Assembly: GCA_964016885.1 (NCBI GenBank)
Contig: OZ024740.1
Span: 309,814,001-309,878,000, forward strand
DNA: 64,000 bases
DNA from: Eledone cirrhosa
Taxonomy: Eukaryota
Reading direction: 5' to 3'
Shown here: piece by piece, positions 14,042 to 24,900 of the stretch
How the letters are laid out: each line of letters starts with the position of its first letter
How positions within the stretch are numbered: position 1 is the first letter of the stretch
Position numbers and translations under genes: made by a program
The notes under the pieces: model-generated
Told to the model about the DNA's origin: nothing
Database searches by the model: none
Seen by the model: only the letters and a program-made list of their open reading frames with translations

Positions 14042-15370
14042 ATGAACGAAAAAACGAAGATAATAAGTCATATGTGGAGCGTGGAGAACAATAGCACGCA
14101 AAGACAAAACCACGTAATGATTAATTTCGACGACTCTATTTGGATTAAAAAATCCAATAGTACCCCATTCGACGTGAGTATGGGCGCCAGTGACTCTGCG
14201 GAGGTTACTGATCTTATTGGCCTTTTCCTTCTTTTCTCTATCAAGGACGAATTCCCCAACGCGGGCGGTGGTTTGTACCGTGACGATGGTCTTTTGACCA
14301 TGACTAAGTGCGGACCTCGTGCTTGCGACAGGTTCAGAAAAGAACTCACAGCCTTCTTTAAAGGCTTCAACCTCCCTATACAGGTTGAGGCCAATCTCTC
14401 GGTCGTTAATTACCTCGACGTTACCCTCAATTTATTGAATGGGTTGTATTACCCGTATAGAAAGCCGAATGATACGCTTAATTACATAAGTAAGCATTCC
14501 AACCATCCTGCCAGCTTAACCAAGAACCTGGTAAGAAACGTTTCGTTGAGGCTTTCCCGTCTTTCCACCAACGAGCGCATTTTCAACGACCATTCCACTT
14601 ATTACAATGAAGCTCTTGCTCGAAGTGGATTTGTCGATAAGGTAGCATATACAGAGTACGAAAATAGACCTAGAAGAAATAGATCCCGTCGCATTTGTTG
14701 GTTTAACCCACCATATAATATGGAGGTGGCCACACCATTAGCTAAGATCTTTCTTTCCCTTATTACGAAGCATTTTCCCCCTACACATAAACATAGTAAA
14801 ATTTTTAATAGAAATACTATTAAAATTTCTTACTCTATGACTCCTAACCTTGCACATAACATCACAGCTTCAAATTTAGTTAAACTACCTAGCCGTAGGA
14901 ACACGTGCAACCCTGTAGTTAGTACCAACTGTAATTGTAGGAATCGGGCTGATTGCCCCCTATCCGGGAAATGCCTCTCTAGTAACATTGTCTACAAATG
15001 TAAGATTGTAACACCCACGTCCCGTAGGGCCTACATAGGGTTAACCGCCAATAGTTTCAAGCAGCGTCATTACATGCATACCTATTCTTTTTGTTACCCT
15101 CTAAGAAGGAATATGACGTCACTTTCAGCTTATATCTGGAGTCTAAAAGACAACCACACCCAATATAAGTTACACTGGGAGATCCTAGCTAGGGCTAGAT
15201 CGTATAACGGAAATAAAAGACCATGTGACCTCTGCGCCGCTGAGGCCCTGGAAATACTCTACGCTACAGACCACATCTTAAACAATATATCTGAGGCAAT
15301 TTCGGCTTGTAAACATAAATTGCACAAAACTTTCCTGTATTACAGCCCCACGTTATACCCTAACGGATAG
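14042..15370 (+). CDS. PLE reverse transcriptase (C-terminal half) + Zn-finger linker + GIY-YIG endonuclease; truncated, the first ~26 codons come from the inverted arm
   Basis: FDVSMGASDSAE, LYRDD, YLDVTL, SNHP, WFNPPY, CNCR..CPLSGKCL, IVYKC...YIGLT...FKQRH, CDLC..E. Confidence 0.9.
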   Translation: MNEKTKIISHMWSVENNSTQRQNHVMINFDDSIWIKKSNSTPFDVSMGASDSAEVTDLIGLFLLFSIKDEFPNAGGGLYRDDGLLTMTKCGPRACDRFRKELTAFFKGFNLPIQVEANLSVVNYLDVTLNLLNGLYYPYRKPNDTLNYISKHSNHPASLTKNLVRNVSLRLSRLSTNERIFNDHSTYYNEALARSGFVDKVAYTEYENRPRRNRSRRICWFNPPYNMEVATPLAKIFLSLITKHFPPTHKHSKIFNRNTIKISYSMTPNLAHNITASNLVKLPSRRNTCNPVVSTNCNCRNRADCPLSGKCLSSNIVYKCKIVTPTSRRAYIGLTANSFKQRHYMHTYSFCYPLRRNMTSLSAYIWSLKDNHTQYKLHWEILARARSYNGNKRPCDLCAAEALEILYATDHILNNISEAISACKHKLHKTFLYYSPTLYPNG

Positions 15371-16302
15371 CACGATCTATACGTGGATATTTTACGTCTT
15401 GATGTGGGAGCTAAGTATATGCTTTGTTTATTCCTTTACTTATTTGCATAGGTAAGTATATATTACCCGTATGTTTTGTGAAGGTATGTATACCTTCTCG
15501 TACGTATATTTGACTGTTATAGCGTATAATTTTTACATATCCTGGTATTTAGGGTTTGGCTATGTGTATACGGGAGTTTTGCGTCCGCGTGAGGGTGCAG
15601 GTTCGTACGTATGGTGGGTGTGTGTATATGTGTACTTCTTGTTTTAGTTGACTTACATCTCCGAACATTCGTGTATTTATATGTAGGTATGCGTGTGCGC
15701 TTGTTATATACGTATTTATTTACTTATATACGTTTATATAATTATTTATTTATTTGTACACAGGTATACACACACACACACATATTTATATGTGCGTGGT
15801 TTTGTATACCCATGGTAAGGTTTTGCGTATGCTTGTGTATGTACGTATCTGTTTGCGTGTAGGTATTTATGTGTTTCTATTACTTCTGTATTGTATTTAT
15901 TTACTTTGTTCTTAACTCTGTAGCGGAGATTCATTTGGTCTCCTAGTTAGAATTTTAGTCTACGATTTCTGCTATACCATTAACGTGGTTTTGTCTTTGC
16001 GTGCTATTGTTCTCCACGCTCCACATATGACTTATTATCTTCGTTTTTTCGTTCATTGCCAGAGAACGTCTCTATGCACCACCTAAGAGAACATTAGTCT
16101 ACGACCTCTTTTATACCATAAACGTGGTTCTGTCTTTGCGCGTAATTGTTTTTCACCGCTCCTATTAATGACGTATTATATTCGTCTTTTCCCGTTCTTC
16201 GCCAGCGAACGTCACCATGAACCAAAGTATCGTCTTTCTGTCTTCCTCCGGTTGCAACGTTTTTTGAAATATCCAGTTCTGCGTTTACAGATTGACTTTG
16301 TT

Positions 16303-16353
16303 AGTTTCAGAAGATCCCGTTAAGGGTGAAAGCAGCGATTCTTTGCTTAAACT
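16303..16353 (+). ncRNA. Hammerhead-like motif (family 2, CAGAAGA core variant)
   Basis: AGTTT-CAGAAGA-tCCCgttaaGGGt-GAAA-GCAgcgattcttTGC-TT-AAACT. The same core occurs at ~13748-13797 (-) and ~29851-29900 (+); the ~16799-16850 (-) copy reads CAAAAGA. Confidence 0.6.
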
Positions 16354-16396
16354 TTAATCTGTTATTTTAATAAATATATATATATATATATATATG

Positions 16397-16703
16397 TGTA
16401 GAAGTTATATTTAATTTGTTGAGATTCCAACAAACTTAAATGTTTACAACTGATATAGAGCACTCAACAAATATTGTTTTCCATGGTTATATCACTATTT
16501 ATAAAACAAATTTTGTATTTTATCTGATGAAAGCGCACCAAGATTGGCTTGGCTGCCCTTGAAATATATATAATAAAATAATTATGGTTTTATAAATATA
16601 TGTTTCTTTTAATTTTTTTTTAATTTTTTTAATTTTTTTTATTTTTTTATTATTTTTTTTTATTTTATGGTTTTATAAATATAGTTTCCATTTATTAATA
16701 TAT

Positions 16704-16705
<2 letters not shown>
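16397..16705. mobile_element. PLE terminus mini-insertion (family 3): inverted tail plus sense hammerhead arm
   Basis: Homologous to the ends of element B (50041-50290) and to 45913-46343; lies between (TA)n tracts. Confidence 0.75.
16516..16580 (+). ncRNA. Minimal type I hammerhead motif (family 3)
   Basis: TATTTTAT-CTGATGA-aagcgcacca...tggctgccctt-GAAA-tatata-TA-ATAAAATA; perfect 8-bp stem I and a palindromic stem III typical of PLE minimal hammerheads. Confidence 0.8.
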
Positions 16706-16780
<75 letters not shown>

Positions 16781-16787
<7 letters not shown>

Positions 16788-17262
16788 TAATAGATTAAAG
16801 TTTAAGCAAAGAATCGCTGCTTTCACCCTTAAAGGGATCTTTTGAAACTAAAACAATCAATATGTGAACGCAGAAGTAAATATTTCGAAAAACGTTACAA
16901 CCGAAGGAAGACAGGAAGACGATACTTTGGTTCATGGAAACGTTCCCTGGCAAAGAAAGAAAAAAAAACGAAGATAATACGTCATCATTTGGAGCGGTGA
17001 AATCAATTACACGCAAAGACAAAACCACGTTTATGGTATAAATGATAGTCGTAGACTAATATTCTATTAGGTGGTTCGTTGAGACGTTCCCTGGCAATGA
17101 ACGGAAAAAACGAAGATAATACGTCATTATGTGGAACGGTGAGAACAATTACACGCAAAGACTTGCTCTACGGTTCTTATATATTTGATATATATTTATC
17201 CTTATCGAGCCCTCTTTGAATTTTAGTCTTCAAATTTATTATTATTATTACTATTATTATTA
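16781..17262. mobile_element. Non-coding fragment of element A family (inverted arm plus sense tail)
   Basis: 16781-17162 resembles 13730-14105; 17163-17262 is the reverse complement of tail 13608-13722. Confidence 0.8.
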
Positions 17263-17264
17263 AA

Positions 17265-17712
17265 GGGCGGTGGATTGGCAGTAAAGCGCGGTGGATTGGC
17301 AGTATCGGTAGAGGGTCGGACGCCATGCTTTCCAGCATAGTTACGTCCCTTTACGATCTGAGTTCAAATCCCGCCGAGGTTGACTTTGCCTTTCATCCTT
17401 ACGGGGTCGATAAAATAAAGTACCAGTAATGCACTGGGTAATTGCTGGCCTTGTGCCTAAAGTAGAAACGATTATTATTATTACTATTATTACTATTATT
17501 ATTATTACTATTATTATTATTGATTATGGATTGGCAGTATCGGTAGAGACTCGGACACCATGCTTTGACGCATAGAGTTACGGCCCTTTCCATTCTGAGT
17601 TCAAACCCCGCCGAGGTCAACTTTGCCTTTCATCCTTACGGGGTCGATAAAATAAAGTACCAGTAATGTACTGGTTAATTGCTGGCCTTGTGCCTAAAGT
17701 AGAAACAATTAT
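17265..17712 (+). mobile_element. Two tandem SINE copies separated by (ATT)n; the first has a duplicated head
   Basis: Copies at 17265-17470 and 17527-17712; gcggtggattggcagta is repeated at the first 5' end. Confidence 0.9.
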
Positions 17713-17760
17713 TATATATATATATTATTATATATATACATAACGTACCAGAGTACTCAA

Positions 17761-17833
<73 letters not shown>

Positions 17834-18464
17834 GTTGTTGAAAAGAGCATTGACAATAAAAACGGGAGACAAAATTCTTTCTGTACCAAAAACAAGGCAC
17901 ACACTCATATTTGTGTGCGTGTGTGGTTGTGTGTGTGTGTGCGTGTATGTGTGTGTATCTATCTCTGTGTGTATCTATCTATGTATATATATATATATAA
18001 GGGATAAAGTATTGTTTGCTCACTGTCACGAAAGCATCTCAATTCATTCGTGGCAACTAAGTTGTGATCGAGGCACTTTATTTTGCAATGTACTATCTTT
18101 CCCTTGAGTTTGTGATTCTAGAGAAAGGTAAGAAATCCTTCATATTTTGCATCTTTTGTATTTTGACTTTACAGTTTGAATTGTAGAATTGTCTATCCAC
18201 TGAAAATATTACAACAGCTAACAGTGAAATATAGAATTAAAAAAAAAAAAAGCTTTTTTGACTGAAATCATGTCTTTGGGAGCATTCACATCTATTTTTC
18301 AAAAATATATAATTTGAAATAGTTTGTTTTTGTTTTGGACTGAAACTTTTTTGTATTTAATTTGTATGAGTATCTAAAAAAAATTTTTTTAAAGATTCTA
18401 ACATAACTTGATCTGATCCAGTAATCTACAGATATGAACATCAGTAGTATATTGAAAAATGGAA

Positions 18465-18538
18465 ACATAGGGGAGGGGCGTTTCGTGGTTTCGAGGGGTA
18501 AAATGGAGCGTTTAGCCGAAATAGGTTGAGAATCTGTG
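18465..18538 (+). mobile_element. hAT/Charlie-like right end
   Basis: GGGGCGTTT and GGAGCGTTT subterminal motifs, then GTTGAGAATCTGTG followed by ctctagct. Confidence 0.55.
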
Positions 18539-18697
18539 CTCTAGCTGTTCTGAGTCCGGCATGTCCTGTGAACTTTCTATTACGGTGCATTAGTTTCATT
18601 CCGCCACATTGATGCCAGACATTGAATAAAAATAAAATCATGCCATAAGCATCGTTGATGTTGATAGTAAGATAATACGATAATAGTAATAATAATG

Positions 18698-18911
18698 GTT
18701 TCTACTTTAGGCACAAGGCCAGCAATTTTGGGGGAGGAGAAATTCGAATAAATCGATCCCAGTGTATTACTGGTGCTTTATTTTATCGACCCCGTAAGGA
18801 TGAAAGGCAAAGTGTTAAACTCGGTGGGATTTCAACTCAGATCATAAAGGGCCGTAACTCTATGCTGCAAAGCATGTCCGACCCTCTACCGATACTGCCA
18901 ATTCACCGCCC
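18698..18911 (-). mobile_element. SINE
   Basis: Reverse complement of the full SINE, with a longer 3' region. Confidence 0.85.
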
Positions 18912-19129
18912 AGGGTTGATAAAATAAAGTACCAGTAATGTACTGGAATGAACTTTTATTATTATTACTAATAATAAAAGTAAAACAATGATAATAATGA
19001 TGAAGATAATAGACACAGTAAAAAATAGTAAAAAGACAGAAAAAACAGTAAAGACATAGTAAAGACATAATATAAAAGATATAATAAAAATTAAAATTAA
19101 AATGGTAATGATAATAATAATATAATAAT

Positions 19130-19305
19130 TGTTTCTACTTTTGGCACAAGGCTAGCGATTATATCAGTACATTACTGGTACTTTATTTTAACACCTCTGT
19201 AAGGCAAAGGTAACCTCGGTAGGATTTGAACTCAGAACATAAAAGGCCATAACTCTATGCTGCAAAGCATGGTGTCTAACTCTCTACCGGTACTGCCAAT
19301 CCACA
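19130..19305 (-). mobile_element. SINE (diverged)
   Basis: Reverse complement of the SINE head, B-box and tail. Confidence 0.8.
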
Positions 19306-20410
19306 ATAATATTAATAAATATTAGTATTAACGACAGACCGAAGGTAATTCATAATGACTATAACAGTGTTAACACTCTTTACATCTGTAATGGGGAAAG
19401 TATTAAGTGTGATAGAAATATGATACATTAAGTAAAGGTAAATAAGGTGAAGTTACATTCGAAAGGTGAAATTACATATTCTGGCAATTAGGGTTTCTCA
19501 TAGTGTGGGGTTTTTCCCTGCCTCCTACATGGCTGTCATGTATGTTGGTAACAAAGAGGATCTAGTGGAAAAACCTTCGGAAATAAAAGATAGAATAGAT
19601 ACATGAATAGATATGTGTGGTATTTTAGACCAGATCTATCAATGGAATGCCTTATGATATAATTTGAAATAATTCGAAAACGTTTATAGACTAGAGAGAT
19701 TATTCTAAATAATTCAAGGTGCGTTGCTTAGTCCACAGATCTAAGAGTTGCAGTTAGTTGTGGAGACGCTGTTTGAACTAGGAGGGAGAGCAGGTAAAGT
19801 ATAAATTGAAAATTTAAACGATACAAAGAAGCAGAAATAAATCATAGACGTAGAAATTAGGTAAAGGTAAAAAGATAGAAATAAGTGTTGGGGTAAAATT
19901 AGATATGTAATATGAGAAGTAAATGGATGGGGTGCCAGTGAAAACAAAATCAATATCAAAAATGGAATTTAAATAAAAACAATTAGTTATTTAGAGTATA
20001 AAAATATAAAAAGAATTAAAAATTAAAAGAATATTAAAAATTAAACGTTAAAGAATAAAATAGAATCCAAGGATAAGATAAAAATAAAGGTTAAACTTAA
20101 ATTTAAATTTAAAGATAACAGAAAAAATAAAATAAAAAATAAAAAAGCAGTAAATTGAATATAAGATTAAATCGAGTGAACATACCATACGAAAATACAT
20201 CAAGAGTGAAGAATTTCCCATTAAATTCAAAGGTCTCTGGAAAAATACCGTCAAGATTTCCGGATAAAACTCATAAACCCAGATATTTTCCCGGTAATAA
20301 TAATAAATTACTGGATTGTGATCTGGTGTTCGAAAATTGTCAAGGTTATATACTTATTTATACACACACACGCATTTGGTAACAAACTGGCATTATACCA
20401 AATCTAATCA

Positions 20411-20507
<97 letters not shown>

Positions 20508-20562
20508 ATAGCTATCTATCTATCTATATATCTATACCTATATATATATATATATATATATA

Positions 20563-20967
20563 GGAACGAGTAGGACCCCGACGGCTGAGTTCAAGCCGTT
20601 TCTACGGATAATTCTGGACTAAAAAAAAAAAAAAAATTTTAGTCCAGAATTAGCCGTCGGGGTCCTACTCGTTCGTATTACCCACTCTACTACCCTAAGT
20701 ATTGAGTACTTTAGTGCGTTATGGTCCACCTGGTTCCTTACCACATTTCCCCCGTTATATATATATATAGAAACGAGTAGGATCCCGACGGCTGAGCTCA
20801 AGCCGTTTCGACGGCTAATTCTGGACTCAAAGTCCAGAATTAACCGTCGAAACGGCTTGAGCTCAGCCGTCGGGGTCCTACTCGTTTCTATTACCCACTC
20901 TACTACCCTAAGTATTGAGTACTTTGGTGCGTTATGGTCCACCTGGTTCCTTACCACATTTCCTTCG

Positions 20968-20970
<3 letters not shown>
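20563..20970. repeat. Two tandem hairpin-plus-tail units (~200 bp each) containing the 3' half of a hammerhead; PLE-terminus-like
   Basis: Unit 2 has near-perfect ~60-bp inverted arms (20768-20890) and contains GAAA-CGGCTtgagctcAGCCG-TC; the tail shares TATTGAGTAC with the family 1 tail; embedded in (TA)n. Confidence 0.7.
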
Positions 20971-21063
<93 letters not shown>

Positions 21064-21069
21064 CGATAT

Positions 21070-21243
21070 CTTTTATAGGACTAGAACTGTGTCATTCGTG
21101 AGAAATCATCAGGAAGCTCCTGATGATTTCTCACGAAAAACAGTTCTAGTCCTGTAGAAGCTCTTCTATATTAAAACATTTATACTCTGCTATGTATTGA
21201 GTACCTTACTTACTGTGTTTACCTCCGATTCATCCCGGAATAA

Positions 21244-21246
<3 letters not shown>
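21070..21246. mobile_element. Family 1 mini-insertion: head-to-head hammerhead pair plus tail
   Basis: Junction ...tcatcaggaagctcctgatga...; tail matches 11484-11551. Confidence 0.8.
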
Positions 21247-21286
<40 letters not shown>

Positions 21287-21291
<5 letters not shown>

Positions 21292-21437
21292 TTTATTATG
21301 GCTATTGTTAAGCTTTGTTACTCTAAAATTTCACCTGCACACTCAGAGGATCACTAGTCTTGTCTGATGCTTCTGTGAGTACGCAGGTGAAACTCCAGAG
21401 TAACAAGGCTCATCACATAGCTATAGTAAATGAATAT
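21287..21437. mobile_element. Family 7 mini-insertion with a hammerhead motif at 21359-21407 and an inverted arm
   Basis: CTTGT-CTGATGC-ttCTGTGagtaCGCAGgt-GAAA-CTCcaGAG-TA-ACAAG; the left ~65 nt is a diverged reverse complement. Relatives at ~34000-34170 and ~42241-42262. Confidence 0.7.
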
Positions 21438-21491
21438 TTAAACTCTACTTAGATATTAAGTTTTCAATCTTATGTCCGTCAATAATTCACA

Positions 21492-21831
21492 TACTCTCAG
21501 GTCCTGAATAATGCCCCCTTCTCGCTTATTAATTTTTCGGATTTTTTCAAACCCCCAACCCCCATTTTTTAACCTGCCTTGCTTATTAAATTTTGCTAAT
21601 CTATTTCCGGCGAATTTTATTGATACAGCAGCAGTAGAATCTAATAATAATTTTATTTTACATAAAAAAAAACATTATATATGACAAAAAAAAAACAAAC
21701 ATTACAAGAAATCCCCTATTTACAAACATACACTATAAAATTACAGATACCACACCACCCGCTTATAAGAATGTAAGCAAATGTCCACCCCAGCTTGTTC
21801 CAACCCCTCCTATTATTTGGGACCTACAGTA
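21492..21831. mobile_element. Non-autonomous Tc1/mariner-like DNA element (MITE), copy 1
   Basis: Imperfect TIRs TA-CTCTCAGGTCCTGAATAAT ... ATTATTTGGGACCTACAG-TA; second copy at 28690-29057. Confidence 0.6.
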
Positions 21832-21832
21832 C

Positions 21833-22752
21833 TATCAAACTCTCACCCTCTCTATGTCTATCACACAAAACTTTCTTTTCATACGCTTTTCTTTATCTAA
21901 CACTAACATACTCTCCCCTTCTCTATATTTACTACACGGAACACTCTTCCAATCCCCTTTCTATATAAATTAACAGACAAAACTTCTCCCTCTTCCAATA
22001 TCTAATACACAGAACTCTCTTCCAATACCCTTTTCTATAACAATTACCACCAAACGCTCCCCCTCTCTGTATCTACTACACGGAACTAACTTCCAAATAC
22101 GCCTCTCTAAATCAACTAACACCAAACTCTCCCCCTCTCTATATCAACTACTCAGAACTCTTTTCCTCTCGCCCTCTCTATATCAATTAACCCCAAACTG
22201 TCCTCCTCTCTATATCAACTACACAGAACTCTCTTCCTATCCTCCTCTATAAATCAATTAACACCAAACTCTCCCCCTCTCTATATCAATTAACATCAAA
22301 CTCACCTTCTCTCTATATCCACCACACAACCCTCACTCCCAATCCTCCTCTCTAAATCAATCTCCAGTAAAATCTCCCCCCTCTTAATATCTATTTCACA
22401 AAACTCTCTCAATATCCCTCTCTATATATATACCATGCACCACTCTCTATGCATAATCTCTCATACAAAACACTTTCATTATCCCCTCGCTGTATCCATA
22501 CCACCAAACTCTCCCCCTCTCTATATTTACCACACGACACATTCTGATTATCTCTCTCTCCATATCCATTAACACCAATCTCTCCTCCTCTCTATGTCTA
22601 TAACACATAACTATCTCATAATCCCCCTCTCTCTATCTATTTTTACCTATATCTCCCAATCACCCTCACTATATATATGACCAGTAAACTCTCTCCATTT
22701 CTATACCTGTCTACACTTATCTCTCCCAATACCCCTCTCTATATCAATTACC
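21833..22752. repeat. Diverged ~29-30-bp minisatellite (approx. AACTCTCCCCCTCTCTATATCAACTACACCA)
   Basis: Roughly 30 imperfect units; the array resumes after the LINE at 28576-28689. Confidence 0.85.
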
Positions 22753-22949
22753 ACTTGATATAGACGTGATTTACTTTGCTCCGGATTTTTACGGATTATT
22801 GTAAAAAAACTGTGAGTTTATTGCTCAATTTAATAACATTGTTTAGTTTAACCCCTTGCCTGGGCCGTCAGACGTTGAGTCAACTAATTTTTGACCCTTT
22901 CTGGGGAGAAATTTTCAATTTTCATCTCAAAACTGTAGACTTGGTGGCA

Positions 22950-24092
22950 ATGGATGCCATTTCCACCTCGCACACTGTCGTGAATGCCACGCCCACTAAG
23001 AAAAGTGGTGGAGTGAAGGTAGGAGTACAAAGCTTGCAGCCTTCCCCCCTCGCATCATCGAAAAACGTTAAAAAAAATATTGAAACCACGAAACCAAACC
23101 CGGTAAATAATACCAGCACCAACAACAAGAACAATGACAATAACGCCACAAACCAACAACTGCAACAATAGCAACACCAAGGAAAACATGAACAATATTA
23201 CCAACAGTAACAGTAACAAAAAAGACAACAACACCAAAACAACATTCGCACAGACTGTAAAAAAAAACGAACTATACACGCCAATAGACATAACAAATGT
23301 TAAACAACTATTACAAGACGCAAAACAATTCGTGACTTTTGGCGAAAACGGTGCTTTTAGCATCAATTCTCCACAGGAATTACGTAGAGAGGCTGTCCTG
23401 AAAACTGTGGTTTTCAGGACAATATCGAACGAAACAAGAAAACCAGCTCAATTATCACAAAATGAAATTGAGCTGGTTCTAAAAGATGCAATGAAGGACT
23501 TAACCTTCATACGAAAAGGTAAACTGTTTGGTAGCATTTCGGTGCTAATGAACAACCAGTCAACAGCTCAAAAGTACTCGGTAGCACCCATTGTGTCCCC
23601 CCGCTTCACCTTTTTCCCCACATACAGGGGAAAAAGGACACAAAGAATAAAAATAATGAGTATCACACCAAATGTAAATATTTGGTGGATACTATGTGGA
23701 ATCATTAACTTTGACGAAGACAAGATAATTTCAATAGGAAAGTCCTCCGGAGGTGTATTTGGTGGGACCACCGTAGAAGTTCTGGTGCAAATTAGCCCAG
23801 AACGAATAGCGAATATCCCACAACGCGTACCTCTGGACGGGCTAACTTATATAAACCTTTCAGTGGAGGGAAGGCGGCCGTCATGTTACCACTGCTTAAG
23901 CAGGAGTCACCTGAGGGCTGCCTGTCCTCAATTAACGAGTAAAAAAAAGGCTCTTCTGCCAACCCCGAACACAACAACACAACCACCACCACCACCACCA
24001 CCACCACCACTACCACCACCACCACCACCACTACCACCACCGCCACCACCACCACCACCACCACCACCACCACCACCACCACCACCACCACC

Positions 24093-24126
<34 letters not shown>

Positions 24127-24862
24127 CCACAACAACACGGAAAAATAACAACACAAAACACTGTTCCACCTAACCCCTCCCCTCCTAAAACAAATACAAA
24201 AGCAACCACAACAAAACTTAAAAATATACCCTCCCCAACAACAGGGAAGAGGACTCTGTATCAACGTCACCCAGTGACGACGAGGGAGAACCCTTTCAAC
24301 AGGTGAAAAGGAAAAAAAAAGGCACCACATTAACAAAAATGCCACAAACACACAACCACCAGCACAAACAGAACAAACATCACAAATAAAAAAACCCACC
24401 CCTCCCCAAAACATAACACGTACTACAAAACGCAAACACGCACAAGAACAACAAACAAAAACAAACACAACACAACAAAAACTCTATACATACATTAACA
24501 AGAACAATAAAACTTTGATGAAAGCGATAGAAAATAACCCTTCGGTGGAAACCGAAGGAATCACTTTCACCTACGCAGCGAACAAACCGCACCTAATGAT
24601 GATTAGTGTCCCAACGGAAACCTATGTAACTTTGAAAAAGAACCATCCAATGCATGTGGGGACCAACAGCACCAATCTACATAACAGCGTCCTATTGAGA
24701 TGTATCCCCACCCCCACACCAGACACCCACACCCCACCAAACACCCTAATCCCACCACACGCTGATGTCCTCACCCCACCACAAACCAGCACCCCACCAA
24801 ACAACCCTTCCAACACCCCCATGGAAATTGTGCAGCCTGGTCCCCAGGAGACGAAGGGGTAA
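22950..24862 (+). pseudogene. LINE ORF1 (nucleic-acid-binding, zinc knuckle), frameshifted
   Basis: ATG at 22950 (MDAIST...); pieces in different frames (to 23171, 23134-24306, 24515-24862); TFAQTVK motif, CYHCLSRSHLRAAC knuckle, poly-P/poly-Q tract. Confidence 0.75.
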
Positions 24863-24900
24863 GTAATTTCCTTTCCTCTTCCTTTTTACCTCTTCAGCAC

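Larger units (their letters stand above)
13608..16378 (+). mobile_element. Naiad-like Penelope-like retroelement A, 5'-truncated, with an inverted 3'-end copy on the left
   Basis: RT+GIY-YIG ORF; ~13725-14118 is the reverse complement of ~15980-16378; the tail 13608-13725 is only in the left arm; (TA)n on both flanks. Confidence 0.9.

Noticed and set aside
21833-22752. CRISPR-like ~30-bp periodicity
   Set aside because: Contiguous degenerate units with no unique spacers or cas genes, in a eukaryotic context.
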